A stretch of DNA of 37,508 nt from an uncultured Gammaproteobacteria bacterium (GCA_964451485.1 CAYVIA010000004.1:1-37508), one strand, 5' to 3'. Numbered from the stretch's first letter, positions 18,792-27,388 are shown. Notes: generated by a model from the letters alone, not told the origin. Program-made: numbers and translations.

Positions 18792-20246
18792 TTAGCTATT
18801 TAAAGCCAGATTCGCAAGCCATTCAGTTATCAACCGCACGCCAGCGCCGCTTCCTCCATAAGGATTATATCCCCAGGGCTGATCCGCGAAAGCCGGACCC
18901 GCAATATCGAGATGAACCCACTTATCCCGGTACTTGCGGGCGATAAATTCGCTCAAAAACAGGGCGGCGGTAATAGCCCCGCCATATCTGGCCGAAGAAA
19001 CATTGCTGATATCCGCTACTTCGCTTTTAAGCAGTTTCGGAAGATATTTATTGAACGGTAATTCCGCGGCCAGTTCTCCGCTCGCCTCCGCCGCGGCCCC
19101 GATCGCGCTCTTAAGTTCCTTGCCGTGGCCCATAACGCCTATCGTATACCGGCCCAAAGCCACCATACAGGCGCCGGTCAGCGTGGCCAGATCGGCGATA
19201 TAGTCGGGTTTCAGTTCCTGGGCATAGACAAGGCAGTCGGCCAGGACCAGCCGGCCCTCCGCGTCCGTATTTTTCACTTCGATGGTCTTGCCATTCTTGG
19301 CGCGGAGGACATCATCCGGCTTATAGCCGTGCTTGCCCACAACGTTCTCGGTGGCGCCGATAATGCCGTGCACTTCGAGCGGCAGTTTAAGGCGGCTCAC
19401 CGCCCGCATGATACCGATAATAGCGCTGGCGCCGCTCTTATCGCACTTCATAGTTACCATAGCCTCGCTCGGCTTCAGGCTCAGGCCTCCGCTGTCGAAA
19501 GTCAGGCCCTTGCCCACCAAAGCGATTTTCATTTTCGGCTTTTCCGGTCTGTGAATAAGATGGATAAGCTGAGGCGGATAAGGACTGGCCTTGCTCACGG
19601 CCAGGAACGCGCCCATGCCTTCTTTCTCCAGGTATTTTTCGCCGTACACTTTTATTTCCAGTCCGTCTTTCCGGGCGACCTCCCCGGCAATCTCTCCCAG
19701 CTTGACCGGCGTAACTTCGGCCGGGATGCGATTGACGATATCCCGCGTCAGGTTGGTGGCTTCGGCCAGAATCCTGCCCGTTCTTATTCCTTCCATAACC
19801 GCGCCCGCTTCGATCTTTTTATTTTCATATTCTTCCGCGGCGATCATCACCTTCGCCACCGGGCATTTTTCCTTTTTCGATTTATATTCGTTAAAACTAT
19901 AACCACCCAGCAAAAATCCTTCAGCTATAGCTCTGGCGCCCGCCTCCTCTTTCTGGTCCGTGTAAAGTCCGAGTTTTAAAATCTTTACCTTTGTTTTAGA
20001 AAGAGCGCGCAAAGCAAAAGCGCAAGCCGATCTTATATCATCCGGCGCCAACGAACCTATGCCGACATAAACCTTTTTTCTGTGCGGCAGAAACAAAACC
20101 TCTTCCGCTTCTCCCTTGAAATTCTGCGCCTCTAGCTCTTTTTTGTCTTTAACCCATTTATGTTTCATGTTCTTGCTGACGACAAAGATAACTTCACAGT
20201 CAGCCTTGATTTGGGTTGATTTTTTGTTGACGAATTGGATAGTCAT
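18792..20246 (-). CDS. pepA: leucyl aminopeptidase (M17 family)
   Basis: 484 aa. M17 signature NTDAEGRLVLAD, and VGKGLTFDSGGLSLKP. Confidence 0.9.
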   Translation of the reverse strand: MTIQFVNKKSTQIKADCEVIFVVSKNMKHKWVKDKKELEAQNFKGEAEEVLFLPHRKKVYVGIGSLAPDDIRSACAFALRALSKTKVKILKLGLYTDQKEEAGARAIAEGFLLGGYSFNEYKSKKEKCPVAKVMIAAEEYENKKIEAGAVMEGIRTGRILAEATNLTRDIVNRIPAEVTPVKLGEIAGEVARKDGLEIKVYGEKYLEKEGMGAFLAVSKASPYPPQLIHLIHRPEKPKMKIALVGKGLTFDSGGLSLKPSEAMVTMKCDKSGASAIIGIMRAVSRLKLPLEVHGIIGATENVVGKHGYKPDDVLRAKNGKTIEVKNTDAEGRLVLADCLVYAQELKPDYIADLATLTGACMVALGRYTIGVMGHGKELKSAIGAAAEASGELAAELPFNKYLPKLLKSEVADISNVSSARYGGAITAALFLSEFIARKYRDKWVHLDIAGPAFADQPWGYNPYGGSGAGVRLITEWLANLALNS

Positions 20247-20248
20247 AT

Positions 20249-20276
20249 GAGTTATGAGTTACGAGTTACGAGTTCG
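20249..20276. repeat. four tandem heptamers (GAGTTAT GAGTTAC GAGTTAC GAGTTCG) filling the htpX-pepA spacer
   Basis: Direct reading. The tract runs from 2 nt after the pepA ATG (20244-20246) to the htpX stop (20277-20279). Confidence 0.9.
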
Positions 20277-21197
20277 CTATACGTCCATTCCCCGCAACGC
20301 CGCGATTCTTTCTTCCACGGGCGGATGCGTCATGAACATTTTGGTAAAAAAACCGACTTTACGGCCGCGCATACCGGCCTTGAACGGCGAGGCGATATAA
20401 AGATGGGCAGTGGCGCGGTTAGCGGCTTCAAGCGGTTCGCGGTCGGCCGAGATCTTCTCGAGCGCCCGCGCCAGACCTTCCGGATAGCGGGTCAGCAAAG
20501 CGCCGTCCGCGTCCGCCAGGAACTCGCGCTTGCGCGAGATGGCAAACTGCATGAGATAAGCGAAAATCGGCGCCAAGATGGCGAAAACCAGGGCCACGAT
20601 CATGATAATAAGCTGCAGCTGCCCTCCTCCTCTCTGGTTGCTTCTGCGCCGCCCCCCTCCCCAGAATGTCCAGTGCCGGAACCAGTCAGCGAGCAAAACC
20701 ACCACGCCCACCAAAACCGTTACTAAAGTGGCCAGGAGGATATCACGGTTGCCGATATGCGACAACTCGTGCGCGATCACGCCCTCAAGCTCGCTCTTAT
20801 CGAGTTTCTCGAGCAGTCCGGCGGTAACGGCCACGACCGCGTGCTCCGGGTCGCGTCCGGTGGCGAAAGCGTTGGGGGCGATATCGTTAATGATATAAAT
20901 TTTCGGAGTGGGCAGGCCGGCGGTAATGCAAAGATTCTCCACGACACGGTATAACCGCCTGTTGTCATCTAACTTCACCTCCCGGGCGCCCGACATAGCC
21001 AAAACGATCTTATCGCTCCACCAATAACCGACAAAAGACATGACGATACTGAAAAACACGGCAAAAATCAGGATGCCCCGGCTATCCATGGCCATACTGA
21101 ATACGTAGCCGACGATAATGATAAACACGAAAAACCCGGTGAGCAAAAACCAGGTTTTCATTTTATTGGAATCCGCTTGATTATATAAAGTGGGCAT
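20277..21197 (-). CDS. htpX: membrane zinc metalloprotease HtpX (M48 family)
   Basis: 306 aa. HELSHIGNRD (HExxH), four hydrophobic segments, Gly/Arg-rich loop GGGRRRSNQRGGGQ as in many HtpX proteins. Confidence 0.9.
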   Translation of the reverse strand: MPTLYNQADSNKMKTWFLLTGFFVFIIIVGYVFSMAMDSRGILIFAVFFSIVMSFVGYWWSDKIVLAMSGAREVKLDDNRRLYRVVENLCITAGLPTPKIYIINDIAPNAFATGRDPEHAVVAVTAGLLEKLDKSELEGVIAHELSHIGNRDILLATLVTVLVGVVVLLADWFRHWTFWGGGRRRSNQRGGGQLQLIIMIVALVFAILAPIFAYLMQFAISRKREFLADADGALLTRYPEGLARALEKISADREPLEAANRATAHLYIASPFKAGMRGRKVGFFTKMFMTHPPVEERIAALRGMDV

Positions 21198-21227
21198 AAA
21201 AATATAATGCTAACCGTTTCTCCGTCC

Positions 21228-21315
21228 AAGCCGGCTCTGCTTCGCTGATTTTTCTCCAGTGGCGAATGGAGTTAGAATGCGCCAAGTCAAAAAATCAGCG
21301 AAGCAGAGCCGGCTT
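21228..21315. repeat. perfect 26-bp inverted repeat with a 36-nt structured loop in the lemA-htpX spacer
   Basis: 21228-21253 AAGCCGGCTCTGCTTCGCTGATTTTT is the exact reverse complement of 21290-21315. The loop contains its own CTCCA/TGGAG stem. Confidence 0.9.
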
Positions 21316-21370
21316 TTACCAAATTTAACCTGCAACCTCGTTAATTTACTTTCCCCTTCATTCTACCGAT

Positions 21371-21934
21371 TTAAAATTTAACCTTCACCGCTTCCCTTTC
21401 CTTCTCATCCGCTACTTCGAAATACTCGCGCGCCTTAAAGCCGAGCATACCGGCCATGACGTTGGTCGGGAAGACCTGCAGTTTCGTATTGAAGTCGCGC
21501 ACGTTGCCGTTATAGAAGCGGCGGGCGGCCATGATCTTGTCTTCCGTATCGGTCAGTTCGCGCTGAAGTTCGAGAAAATTCTCGTTGGCTTTCAGATTCG
21601 GATAATTCTCCGCCAGGGCGAAGATCGATTTTAACGTGGCAGACAGGGCGTTCTCCGCTTGCGCCTGTTGTTTGGCATTGCCCGATTTCTGGGCGTTAAT
21701 GGCGTTGGCGCGGGCCTGCGTCACGCTGTCGAGCGTTTGCCGCTCATGCGCCGCGTATCCCTTGACTGTTTCCACCAGATTGGGAATAAGGTCATAACGC
21801 CGCTTGAGCTGAACGTCGATATCGCTCCAGGCCTCATCCACGCGATTCTTGAGGCGGATAAGGCCGTTGTACATGCCGATGACGACGATTGCCAACAGCA
21901 CGAGCACCCCGAGCACGACGAGTATTGGTGTCAT
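21371..21934 (-). CDS. lemA: LemA family membrane protein
   Basis: MTPILVVLGVLVLLAIVVIGMYNGLIRLKNRVDEAWSDIDVQLKRRYDLIPNLVETVKGYAAHE is a canonical LemA N-terminus. I prefer the ATG at 21934 over the ORF-track start at 21988, which reads through a heptamer tract. Confidence 0.85.
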   Translation of the reverse strand: MTPILVVLGVLVLLAIVVIGMYNGLIRLKNRVDEAWSDIDVQLKRRYDLIPNLVETVKGYAAHERQTLDSVTQARANAINAQKSGNAKQQAQAENALSATLKSIFALAENYPNLKANENFLELQRELTDTEDKIMAARRFYNGNVRDFNTKLQVFPTNVMAGMLGFKAREYFEVADEKEREAVKVKF

Positions 21935-21950
21935 AAATTTTGTTACGTAA

Positions 21951-21988
21951 CATGAAACATGAAACATGAAACATGAAGCATGAAACAT
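21951..21988. repeat. heptamer tract (CATGAAA x3, CATGAAG, CATGAAA, CAT) just upstream of the lemA start
   Basis: Direct reading, preceded by GTTACGTAA at 21942-21950. Confidence 0.9.
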
Positions 21989-22019
21989 TATTTATAATAA
22001 TTTTTTAATTTTCTAAACC

Positions 22020-22043
22020 TACCGTCCTACCCGCCTGCCGTCC
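22020..22043. repeat. three tandem 8-mers (TACCGTCC TACCCGCC TGCCGTCC) next to the PilB-like stop codon
   Basis: Direct reading. A fourth, degenerate unit (TAACTCAC) contains the stop codon at 22048-22050. Confidence 0.8.
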
Positions 22044-22047
22044 TAAC

Positions 22048-23217
22048 TCACTCCGTAAGCCGCAACGCCTCCTCGATACTGATACTCCCCTCGTACACCC
22101 TCTGCAAGGCCACCTGCCTGAGCGTCATCATATTCTCGCTTATCGCCTGGTCATTGATCTGGTCGTCGGTCGGACGCCTTAAGATCATATTCTCGATTTC
22201 TTTGCTTATCACCAGCACTTCATGTATTCCCTGCCTGCCCTTCTTCCCCCGCTGGTTGCATTTATCACAGCCGGTGGAATGGTAAAATTTTATGTTCCTG
22301 GGCGCGTCCAGTCTCTTCACGAGCTCCGATGGCGGATCATATTCCTCCCGGCAATCCGGACAATTTACCCGCGCCAGCCGCTGCGCCGAGATGAACCTTA
22401 GGGCCGATGCCAGGAGGAACGGTTCGATGCCCATATTGATCAGGCGCACGATAGCGCCGGCGGCATTATTCGTGTGGATAGTGGCCAAGACCAAATGGCC
22501 GGTAACGGCCGACTCGACAGCGATCTTGGCCGTTTCCTTGTCGCGAATTTCCCCTACCATCATGATATCCGGATCCTGGCGCAGTAAATAACGCAACCCT
22601 TCGGCGAAAGTCAGGCCGATCTCCGGATTGATCTGTGTCTGCCTGACCCCGTCCATCTTGCGTTCGATCGGATCCTCGAGCGTTACCAAACTTTTTTCCG
22701 ACGCGTTCAATTCATTCAGGATAGTAAAAAGCGTAGTGGACTTACCGCTGCCGTTGGGGCCCGTAACGAGAATCAAGCCGTGCGGCTTCCTGATCATCGT
22801 CTCCACGATCCCGACCTGCTCCTTCGTCATCCCCAATTCGATGAAATTGCCGAAATACCGCTTACTCTCGAGTATCCTGACGACGATGGCCTCGCCTAAG
22901 CTCGTGGGAAAAACGGATACGCGCAGGTCCACGAAGCCGTCTTCGTGCTTGAATTTGATATTACCTTCCTGCGGCCGGGGAAGTCCCGTGGTTTCGAGCA
23001 TGGCCATGATCTTCAACCGGGCGATCACGAATTCGTATAATTTTTCATCCCCGTCGAAAACAACCCCCATAATACCGTCGATCCGGTACCTGACGACCAT
23101 GCCCTGCCGGGTGGGTTCGATATGAATATCGCTTGCCCCGCCGGTGATGGCCTGGCTCAAAATATCGTTCACCATCTTGACGACATCGTATTTAATGATA
23201 TTTTTTTTGTCTGCCAT
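22048..23217 (-). CDS. GspE/PilB-family secretion/type IV pilus assembly ATPase, minimal form lacking N-terminal accessory domains
   Basis: 389 aa. Walker A GPNGSGKST, Asp box/Walker B DPDIMMVGEIRD, His box GHLVLATIHTN, tetracysteine CPDC...CDKC typical of PilB/GspE rather than PilT. Confidence 0.85.
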   Translation of the reverse strand: MADKKNIIKYDVVKMVNDILSQAITGGASDIHIEPTRQGMVVRYRIDGIMGVVFDGDEKLYEFVIARLKIMAMLETTGLPRPQEGNIKFKHEDGFVDLRVSVFPTSLGEAIVVRILESKRYFGNFIELGMTKEQVGIVETMIRKPHGLILVTGPNGSGKSTTLFTILNELNASEKSLVTLEDPIERKMDGVRQTQINPEIGLTFAEGLRYLLRQDPDIMMVGEIRDKETAKIAVESAVTGHLVLATIHTNNAAGAIVRLINMGIEPFLLASALRFISAQRLARVNCPDCREEYDPPSELVKRLDAPRNIKFYHSTGCDKCNQRGKKGRQGIHEVLVISKEIENMILRRPTDDQINDQAISENMMTLRQVALQRVYEGSISIEEALRLTE

Positions 23218-23260
23218 AAATTTTATTATTAGAGAATTAAAAATGAATTACAAAAATTTC

Positions 23261-24286
23261 CTAATTTCTGATTTTTACGCCGACTTTCACCCTTTTGCCC
23301 CGCGCCTTCACCGCGTAAAATCCCGTAAGCAATGCCGCAATATCGATAATTTCCGCGGCCGTCTTCGGCTCATTCAGCTTCGGCTTGCTCATCATAATTT
23401 TTCCGGGAATATCCGTCTCTAAAACCGGCCCTGCGTCCCCGGTTTCAAGCCCCCGGATTAATGAGGTCGGGCCTGTTTCCTCTTTTAATTCTACCATAAT
23501 ATCGCCCTTTCGCGCCAATTTTTCCAGATTGGCATTATCCTGTTTATGTCGTCCGATCACCAGCAAGATTTCGCGTGCGGTATTTTTCGCGATTTTTTCT
23601 TTCAGCCAGAAAATCCGGCCGTATTTAAGGAGTTCCGCGTCGTCGCGGCCGCTATCGGGCCAAGCCTCTATCATTTTCGAAAGACGGACGCTGAATTCCG
23701 GGTCGGTTAAAAGACAGCCGCCGGCCGGAGAGCTATAACCCTTAAGGCCGAACTTAGCGGCCAGCTCCATCTGGCGCTCGCGCGACCGGCCGCGAATATC
23801 GAGCAATTGTCCGCGCCTGACCAGACCTTCGCGCTCGTAAGAGGTTTCCGGCAGAAGTTTGGCCGACAAAGGCCGGAGAATCTCCGTGCCGGCCAGTTCG
23901 GACACGCGCGCCAAGGCGTCCTTGTTTTGGGAAAAAGGGCGCTGGCCCAGGACTTCGCCTGTGGCCACGATCGCGAAACCATTTTTATCGGCGATACCCG
24001 CCGCTTTGCTTACCATTAAGGCATGGCAATCGATGCAGGGATTAAGGCGCTTGCCGTGGCCGCTGGGAGGATTTTTAACCAAAGCGAGCTCTTCCTCGCT
24101 TATATCGACAACCTTAAGTTCGATGCCGAGAATATCCGCCGCCCTGATCGCTTTTTCCGCGTTAAAAAAATTACTGATAAAGCAAACCCCCTCCACGGAG
24201 ATACCCTGCTCGGCGAGCAGTTTCGCCGCCAGCATAGAATCGAGTCCGCCGGAAAATAATACCAGGGCCTTTGCTGCTTTTGACAT
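23261..24286 (-). CDS. PP-loop ATP pyrophosphatase, ThiI/MnmA-like probable tRNA sulfurtransferase, with an uncharacterised C-terminal half
   Basis: PP-loop LFSGGLDS. NPCIDCHALM and ATGEVLGQRPFSQ...ILRPL resemble the ThiI adenylation domain (TGESLGQVASQ...RPL). The last 140 aa or so are not recognised. Confidence 0.6.
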   Translation of the reverse strand: MSKAAKALVLFSGGLDSMLAAKLLAEQGISVEGVCFISNFFNAEKAIRAADILGIELKVVDISEEELALVKNPPSGHGKRLNPCIDCHALMVSKAAGIADKNGFAIVATGEVLGQRPFSQNKDALARVSELAGTEILRPLSAKLLPETSYEREGLVRRGQLLDIRGRSRERQMELAAKFGLKGYSSPAGGCLLTDPEFSVRLSKMIEAWPDSGRDDAELLKYGRIFWLKEKIAKNTAREILLVIGRHKQDNANLEKLARKGDIMVELKEETGPTSLIRGLETGDAGPVLETDIPGKIMMSKPKLNEPKTAAEIIDIAALLTGFYAVKARGKRVKVGVKIRN

Positions 24287-24292
24287 ATATAA

Positions 24293-27200
24293 TCAGATCT
24301 TTTTAATCCCGACCCAAACCGCCCTGCCCTCAATCTTCACTTCTTTGCTTAAATCCGTATCTTCCGTTTTTCTCTCCTCGATTTTTTCAGCCAGCGTATC
24401 TATAGAGATATCTCTTGAGAAGGTCTTGATCGCCGTTTTGATTTCCTCATCTTCGGCCTGCCAAAACGCCATGATCCTGTCCGCGATCGTCAGTCCCGCG
24501 TTCTTGCGCATATTGTTGATAAACCGCACAAGTTCGCGCTTGATGCCTTCCCGCTTCAACTCCGGCGTTATCGTCGTATCCAATTCCACGGCCAATTCTC
24601 CCGCGCCTTTTTTCGATCCTACCGTCTTCACGTTAAGTTCATCTTTAATTAAACTCTCGTATTCCTGTCGTAATTCGTAATTCATAATTCGTAATTCGCC
24701 AAGCGGCTGCCGCACTTTTATTCCCGCTTCATCGCGCTTGGCCAGTCCCATTTCTACGATTTTGCGTACATCCGCCATTTCTTTTAATAATTTTTCGTCT
24801 ACCTCCCCGGCCACCGGCCACGCTTCCAAATGCACGCTCTTTTTATCGTCTTTAAAATCGTTTCCCGTCACTTTCTGCCAGATTTGCTCCGCCAAAAACG
24901 GCATGAACGGCGCCATCACTTTCGATAATTCGATCAGCACATAACCGGTCGTTTCCAACGCGGCCTTCTTGTCGGTTTCATTTTCACTCTTAAATCTGTC
25001 GCGCGAACGCCTGATGTGCCAGGTCGACAGATCGTTGATGAATTCCTCAATCGGCCTGATGGCTTTCGGGATGACATAGCCGTCCATATTCTTCGCCACC
25101 TCTCCGATAAGCTGGTTCAATCTTGCAATAATCCATTTATCCAGAATATTTTCACTCTTGACGCTTGATTTTTGATCTTCGGATATTAAAAGACGCCGAT
25201 TTAAATCTTTGACATAATCCTTTGTGCTGACATCATCACCTCCGATTCTCGATTTTTTCTCCGCATACATATCATAAAACTTATACACATTCCAAAGTAT
25301 CATCTCCACTTTCCGCAGAACCTCCTTAACGCCGCTTTCGGCGAAATTCAAATTCTCGGCCATGAGCACGGGCGAGGCCAGAAGGTAGTAGCGCATGGCG
25401 TCCGCGCTGTACTTTTCGAATAATTCAGTGGGGTCGGGATAATTATTAAGACGCTTCGACATCTTCTGCCCGTCCTCGGAGAGCACGATGCCATTGACGA
25501 TACAATTATCGAATGACTGTTTATTGAAAAGCGCCGTGGATAGTACCATCAGGGTATAAAACCACCCCCGCGTCTGGTCCACGCCTTCGGCGATAAACTG
25601 GGCCGGGAAATTTTTTCCTTTGGCCGGATCGAAATTAGGCAATGGTTCTCCGAGATAATGCATCTGCGCGTAAGGCATTGACCCGGACTCGAACCAGCAG
25701 TCCAGCACTTCCGGGATACGCTTCATCGTACCGCCGCATTTGCATGACCAGATTATTTTATCGACGAATTGCTTATGCAGATCATCGACCTTCTTGCCGC
25801 CCAAATCCGCCAATTCTTTTCTGGATCCAACCACCGTTGTTTCCCCGCATTTATCGCAAATCCAGACGGGCAGGGGCGAACCCCAGTAACGGTTGCGGCT
25901 AATAGCCCAATCGCGCGCCTGATCCAGCCACTTGCCGAAACGCCCTTCCTTAATATGTTCCGGCACCCAATGCACATTTTTATTATTGTCAACGAGGTTG
26001 TCTTTCAATTTTGTTACCTCCACGAACCAGGATTCGGTGGCGTAATTGAGAAGCGGGGTGTCGCAACGCCAGCAATGCGGATACGAGTGCTCATATTCTT
26101 CGCTCTTAAACAGTTTGCCGTTTTTTTCGAGCCAAGCCACGATTCTTTTGTCCGTGGCCTTGGTATCGTCCTTGGGCTTTACTTCCTCGCCCGGCCAATC
26201 CTTGACCTCCGGCTTGAACCGCCCGGTGCCGTCCACGTGCTGGATAAAAGGCAGATTTTTTTCCTTGCCCAGGTTCATATCGTCCTCGCCGAAGGCCGGC
26301 GCGATATGCACCACGCCCGTGCCTTCTTCGGTCGTCACGAAATCCGCCGCGTAAACTTTCCATCCGTTCTCTGAATTTTCAAGCGGTTCGACCGCTTCGC
26401 GAGCGGTCGAACCGCTACGCGCATAATAATCGAACAGCGGCTCATAATCAAGCCCCATCAGATCTTTGCCTTTTATTTCTGCTAATAATTTCATTTCACC
26501 TTTATCGTCTTTATTTTTTTCATAGTCCTCTTTGGAAACGATATAAATCCCGTCGGATATTTCCGGATGATTTTTTAAACTAAACACCACGTAATCAATT
26601 TCTTCTCCCACTGCCAGCGCTACATTCCCGATTAGCGTCCAGGGAGTAGTAGTCCACGCCAGCACATACACATTATCCTTATCCGTCAATTTAGAATTCG
26701 TTGATTCGTTGTTGATTCGTAGATTCGTGGGTTCTTTAAGGCGAAATTTAACAGTACAAGATATATCCCGTATATCCTTATACCCCTGCGTAACCTCGAA
26801 ATTGGACAAAGTCGTGCCGCAGCGCGGACAGATATGCATGGCCTTATAACCGCGGTAAATCAAGCCCTTGTCCCAGAGGGACCTAAACACCCACCAGATC
26901 GACTCCATATAACCCGGGTCCATGGTCTTATAATCGTTTTCCATATCCACCCAGCGGCCGATGCGGCGGATCGTCTTTTTCCATTCTTCCGCGTAGCGCA
27001 TGACTATGCTCCGGCAATATTCGTTGAATTTCTCTACGCCGATTCTTTCGATATCATTCTTGTCGGCGAGCCCGAGTTCCTTTTCCGCCAGATTCTCGAC
27101 CGGCAGGCCGTGGCAGTCCCAGCCCCATTTCCGCTCCACGCGGTAGCCGCGCATAGTCCAATACCGCGGCACCGCGTCCTTCATGATCGAAGCCACGAGA

Positions 27201-27379
27201 TGTCCGTAATGCGGCAAACCGGTGGCAAAAGGCGGTCCGTCGTAAAAGACATAATCCTTATTCGGCGCCTCCCGCTCCACGGATTTCTCGAAAATCCTGT
27301 TTTTCTCCCAAAAATCAATGATATCCTGCTCCATTTTGGGGAAAGGGTTGAAATTTACTTGAGATGTTCGTTTTTTCAT
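24293..27379 (-). CDS. ileS: isoleucine--tRNA ligase (type-2-like)
   Basis: 1028 aa. HIGH-type motif PHYGHLV, editing-domain WTTTPWTL, DWAISRNRYWGSPLPVW, KMSKS-type KMSKRL. The start could instead be the internal MEQDIIDFW Met. Confidence 0.97.
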   Translation of the reverse strand: MKKRTSQVNFNPFPKMEQDIIDFWEKNRIFEKSVEREAPNKDYVFYDGPPFATGLPHYGHLVASIMKDAVPRYWTMRGYRVERKWGWDCHGLPVENLAEKELGLADKNDIERIGVEKFNEYCRSIVMRYAEEWKKTIRRIGRWVDMENDYKTMDPGYMESIWWVFRSLWDKGLIYRGYKAMHICPRCGTTLSNFEVTQGYKDIRDISCTVKFRLKEPTNLRINNESTNSKLTDKDNVYVLAWTTTPWTLIGNVALAVGEEIDYVVFSLKNHPEISDGIYIVSKEDYEKNKDDKGEMKLLAEIKGKDLMGLDYEPLFDYYARSGSTAREAVEPLENSENGWKVYAADFVTTEEGTGVVHIAPAFGEDDMNLGKEKNLPFIQHVDGTGRFKPEVKDWPGEEVKPKDDTKATDKRIVAWLEKNGKLFKSEEYEHSYPHCWRCDTPLLNYATESWFVEVTKLKDNLVDNNKNVHWVPEHIKEGRFGKWLDQARDWAISRNRYWGSPLPVWICDKCGETTVVGSRKELADLGGKKVDDLHKQFVDKIIWSCKCGGTMKRIPEVLDCWFESGSMPYAQMHYLGEPLPNFDPAKGKNFPAQFIAEGVDQTRGWFYTLMVLSTALFNKQSFDNCIVNGIVLSEDGQKMSKRLNNYPDPTELFEKYSADAMRYYLLASPVLMAENLNFAESGVKEVLRKVEMILWNVYKFYDMYAEKKSRIGGDDVSTKDYVKDLNRRLLISEDQKSSVKSENILDKWIIARLNQLIGEVAKNMDGYVIPKAIRPIEEFINDLSTWHIRRSRDRFKSENETDKKAALETTGYVLIELSKVMAPFMPFLAEQIWQKVTGNDFKDDKKSVHLEAWPVAGEVDEKLLKEMADVRKIVEMGLAKRDEAGIKVRQPLGELRIMNYELRQEYESLIKDELNVKTVGSKKGAGELAVELDTTITPELKREGIKRELVRFINNMRKNAGLTIADRIMAFWQAEDEEIKTAIKTFSRDISIDTLAEKIEERKTEDTDLSKEVKIEGRAVWVGIKKI
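24668..24698. repeat. heptamer tract (TCGTAAT x2, TCATAAT, TCGTAAT, TCG) inside ileS
   Basis: Direct reading. Encodes GELRIMNYELRQ. It shares a 15-nt identical core, TCGTAATTCGTAATT, with the femX-like tract at 12003-12017. Confidence 0.9.
26695..26728. repeat. four spaced copies of [GA]ATTCGT inside ileS
   Basis: Sequence is GAATTCGT TGATTCGT TGT TGATTCGT AGATTCGT. Encodes PTNLRINNESTNS just N-terminal to WTTTPWTL. Confidence 0.85.
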
Positions 27380-27388
27380 AATGCTATT

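Noticed and set aside
21935-21988. Longer LemA start (ORF-track Met at 21988, giving MFHASCFMFHVSCYVTKF...).
   Set aside because: The extension is simply the translation of the CATGAAA heptamer tract. The internal Met at 21934 gives a canonical LemA N-terminus and TM helix.
23233-23258. GAATTAAAAATGAATTACAAAAAT in the pilB-like/PP-loop spacer, resembling the femX-like tract GAATTAAAAATTACGAATTACGAAT.
   Set aside because: Only an 11-nt exact match, in AT-rich sequence. It may be a decayed copy of the heptamer family, but this cannot be told apart from chance by eye.
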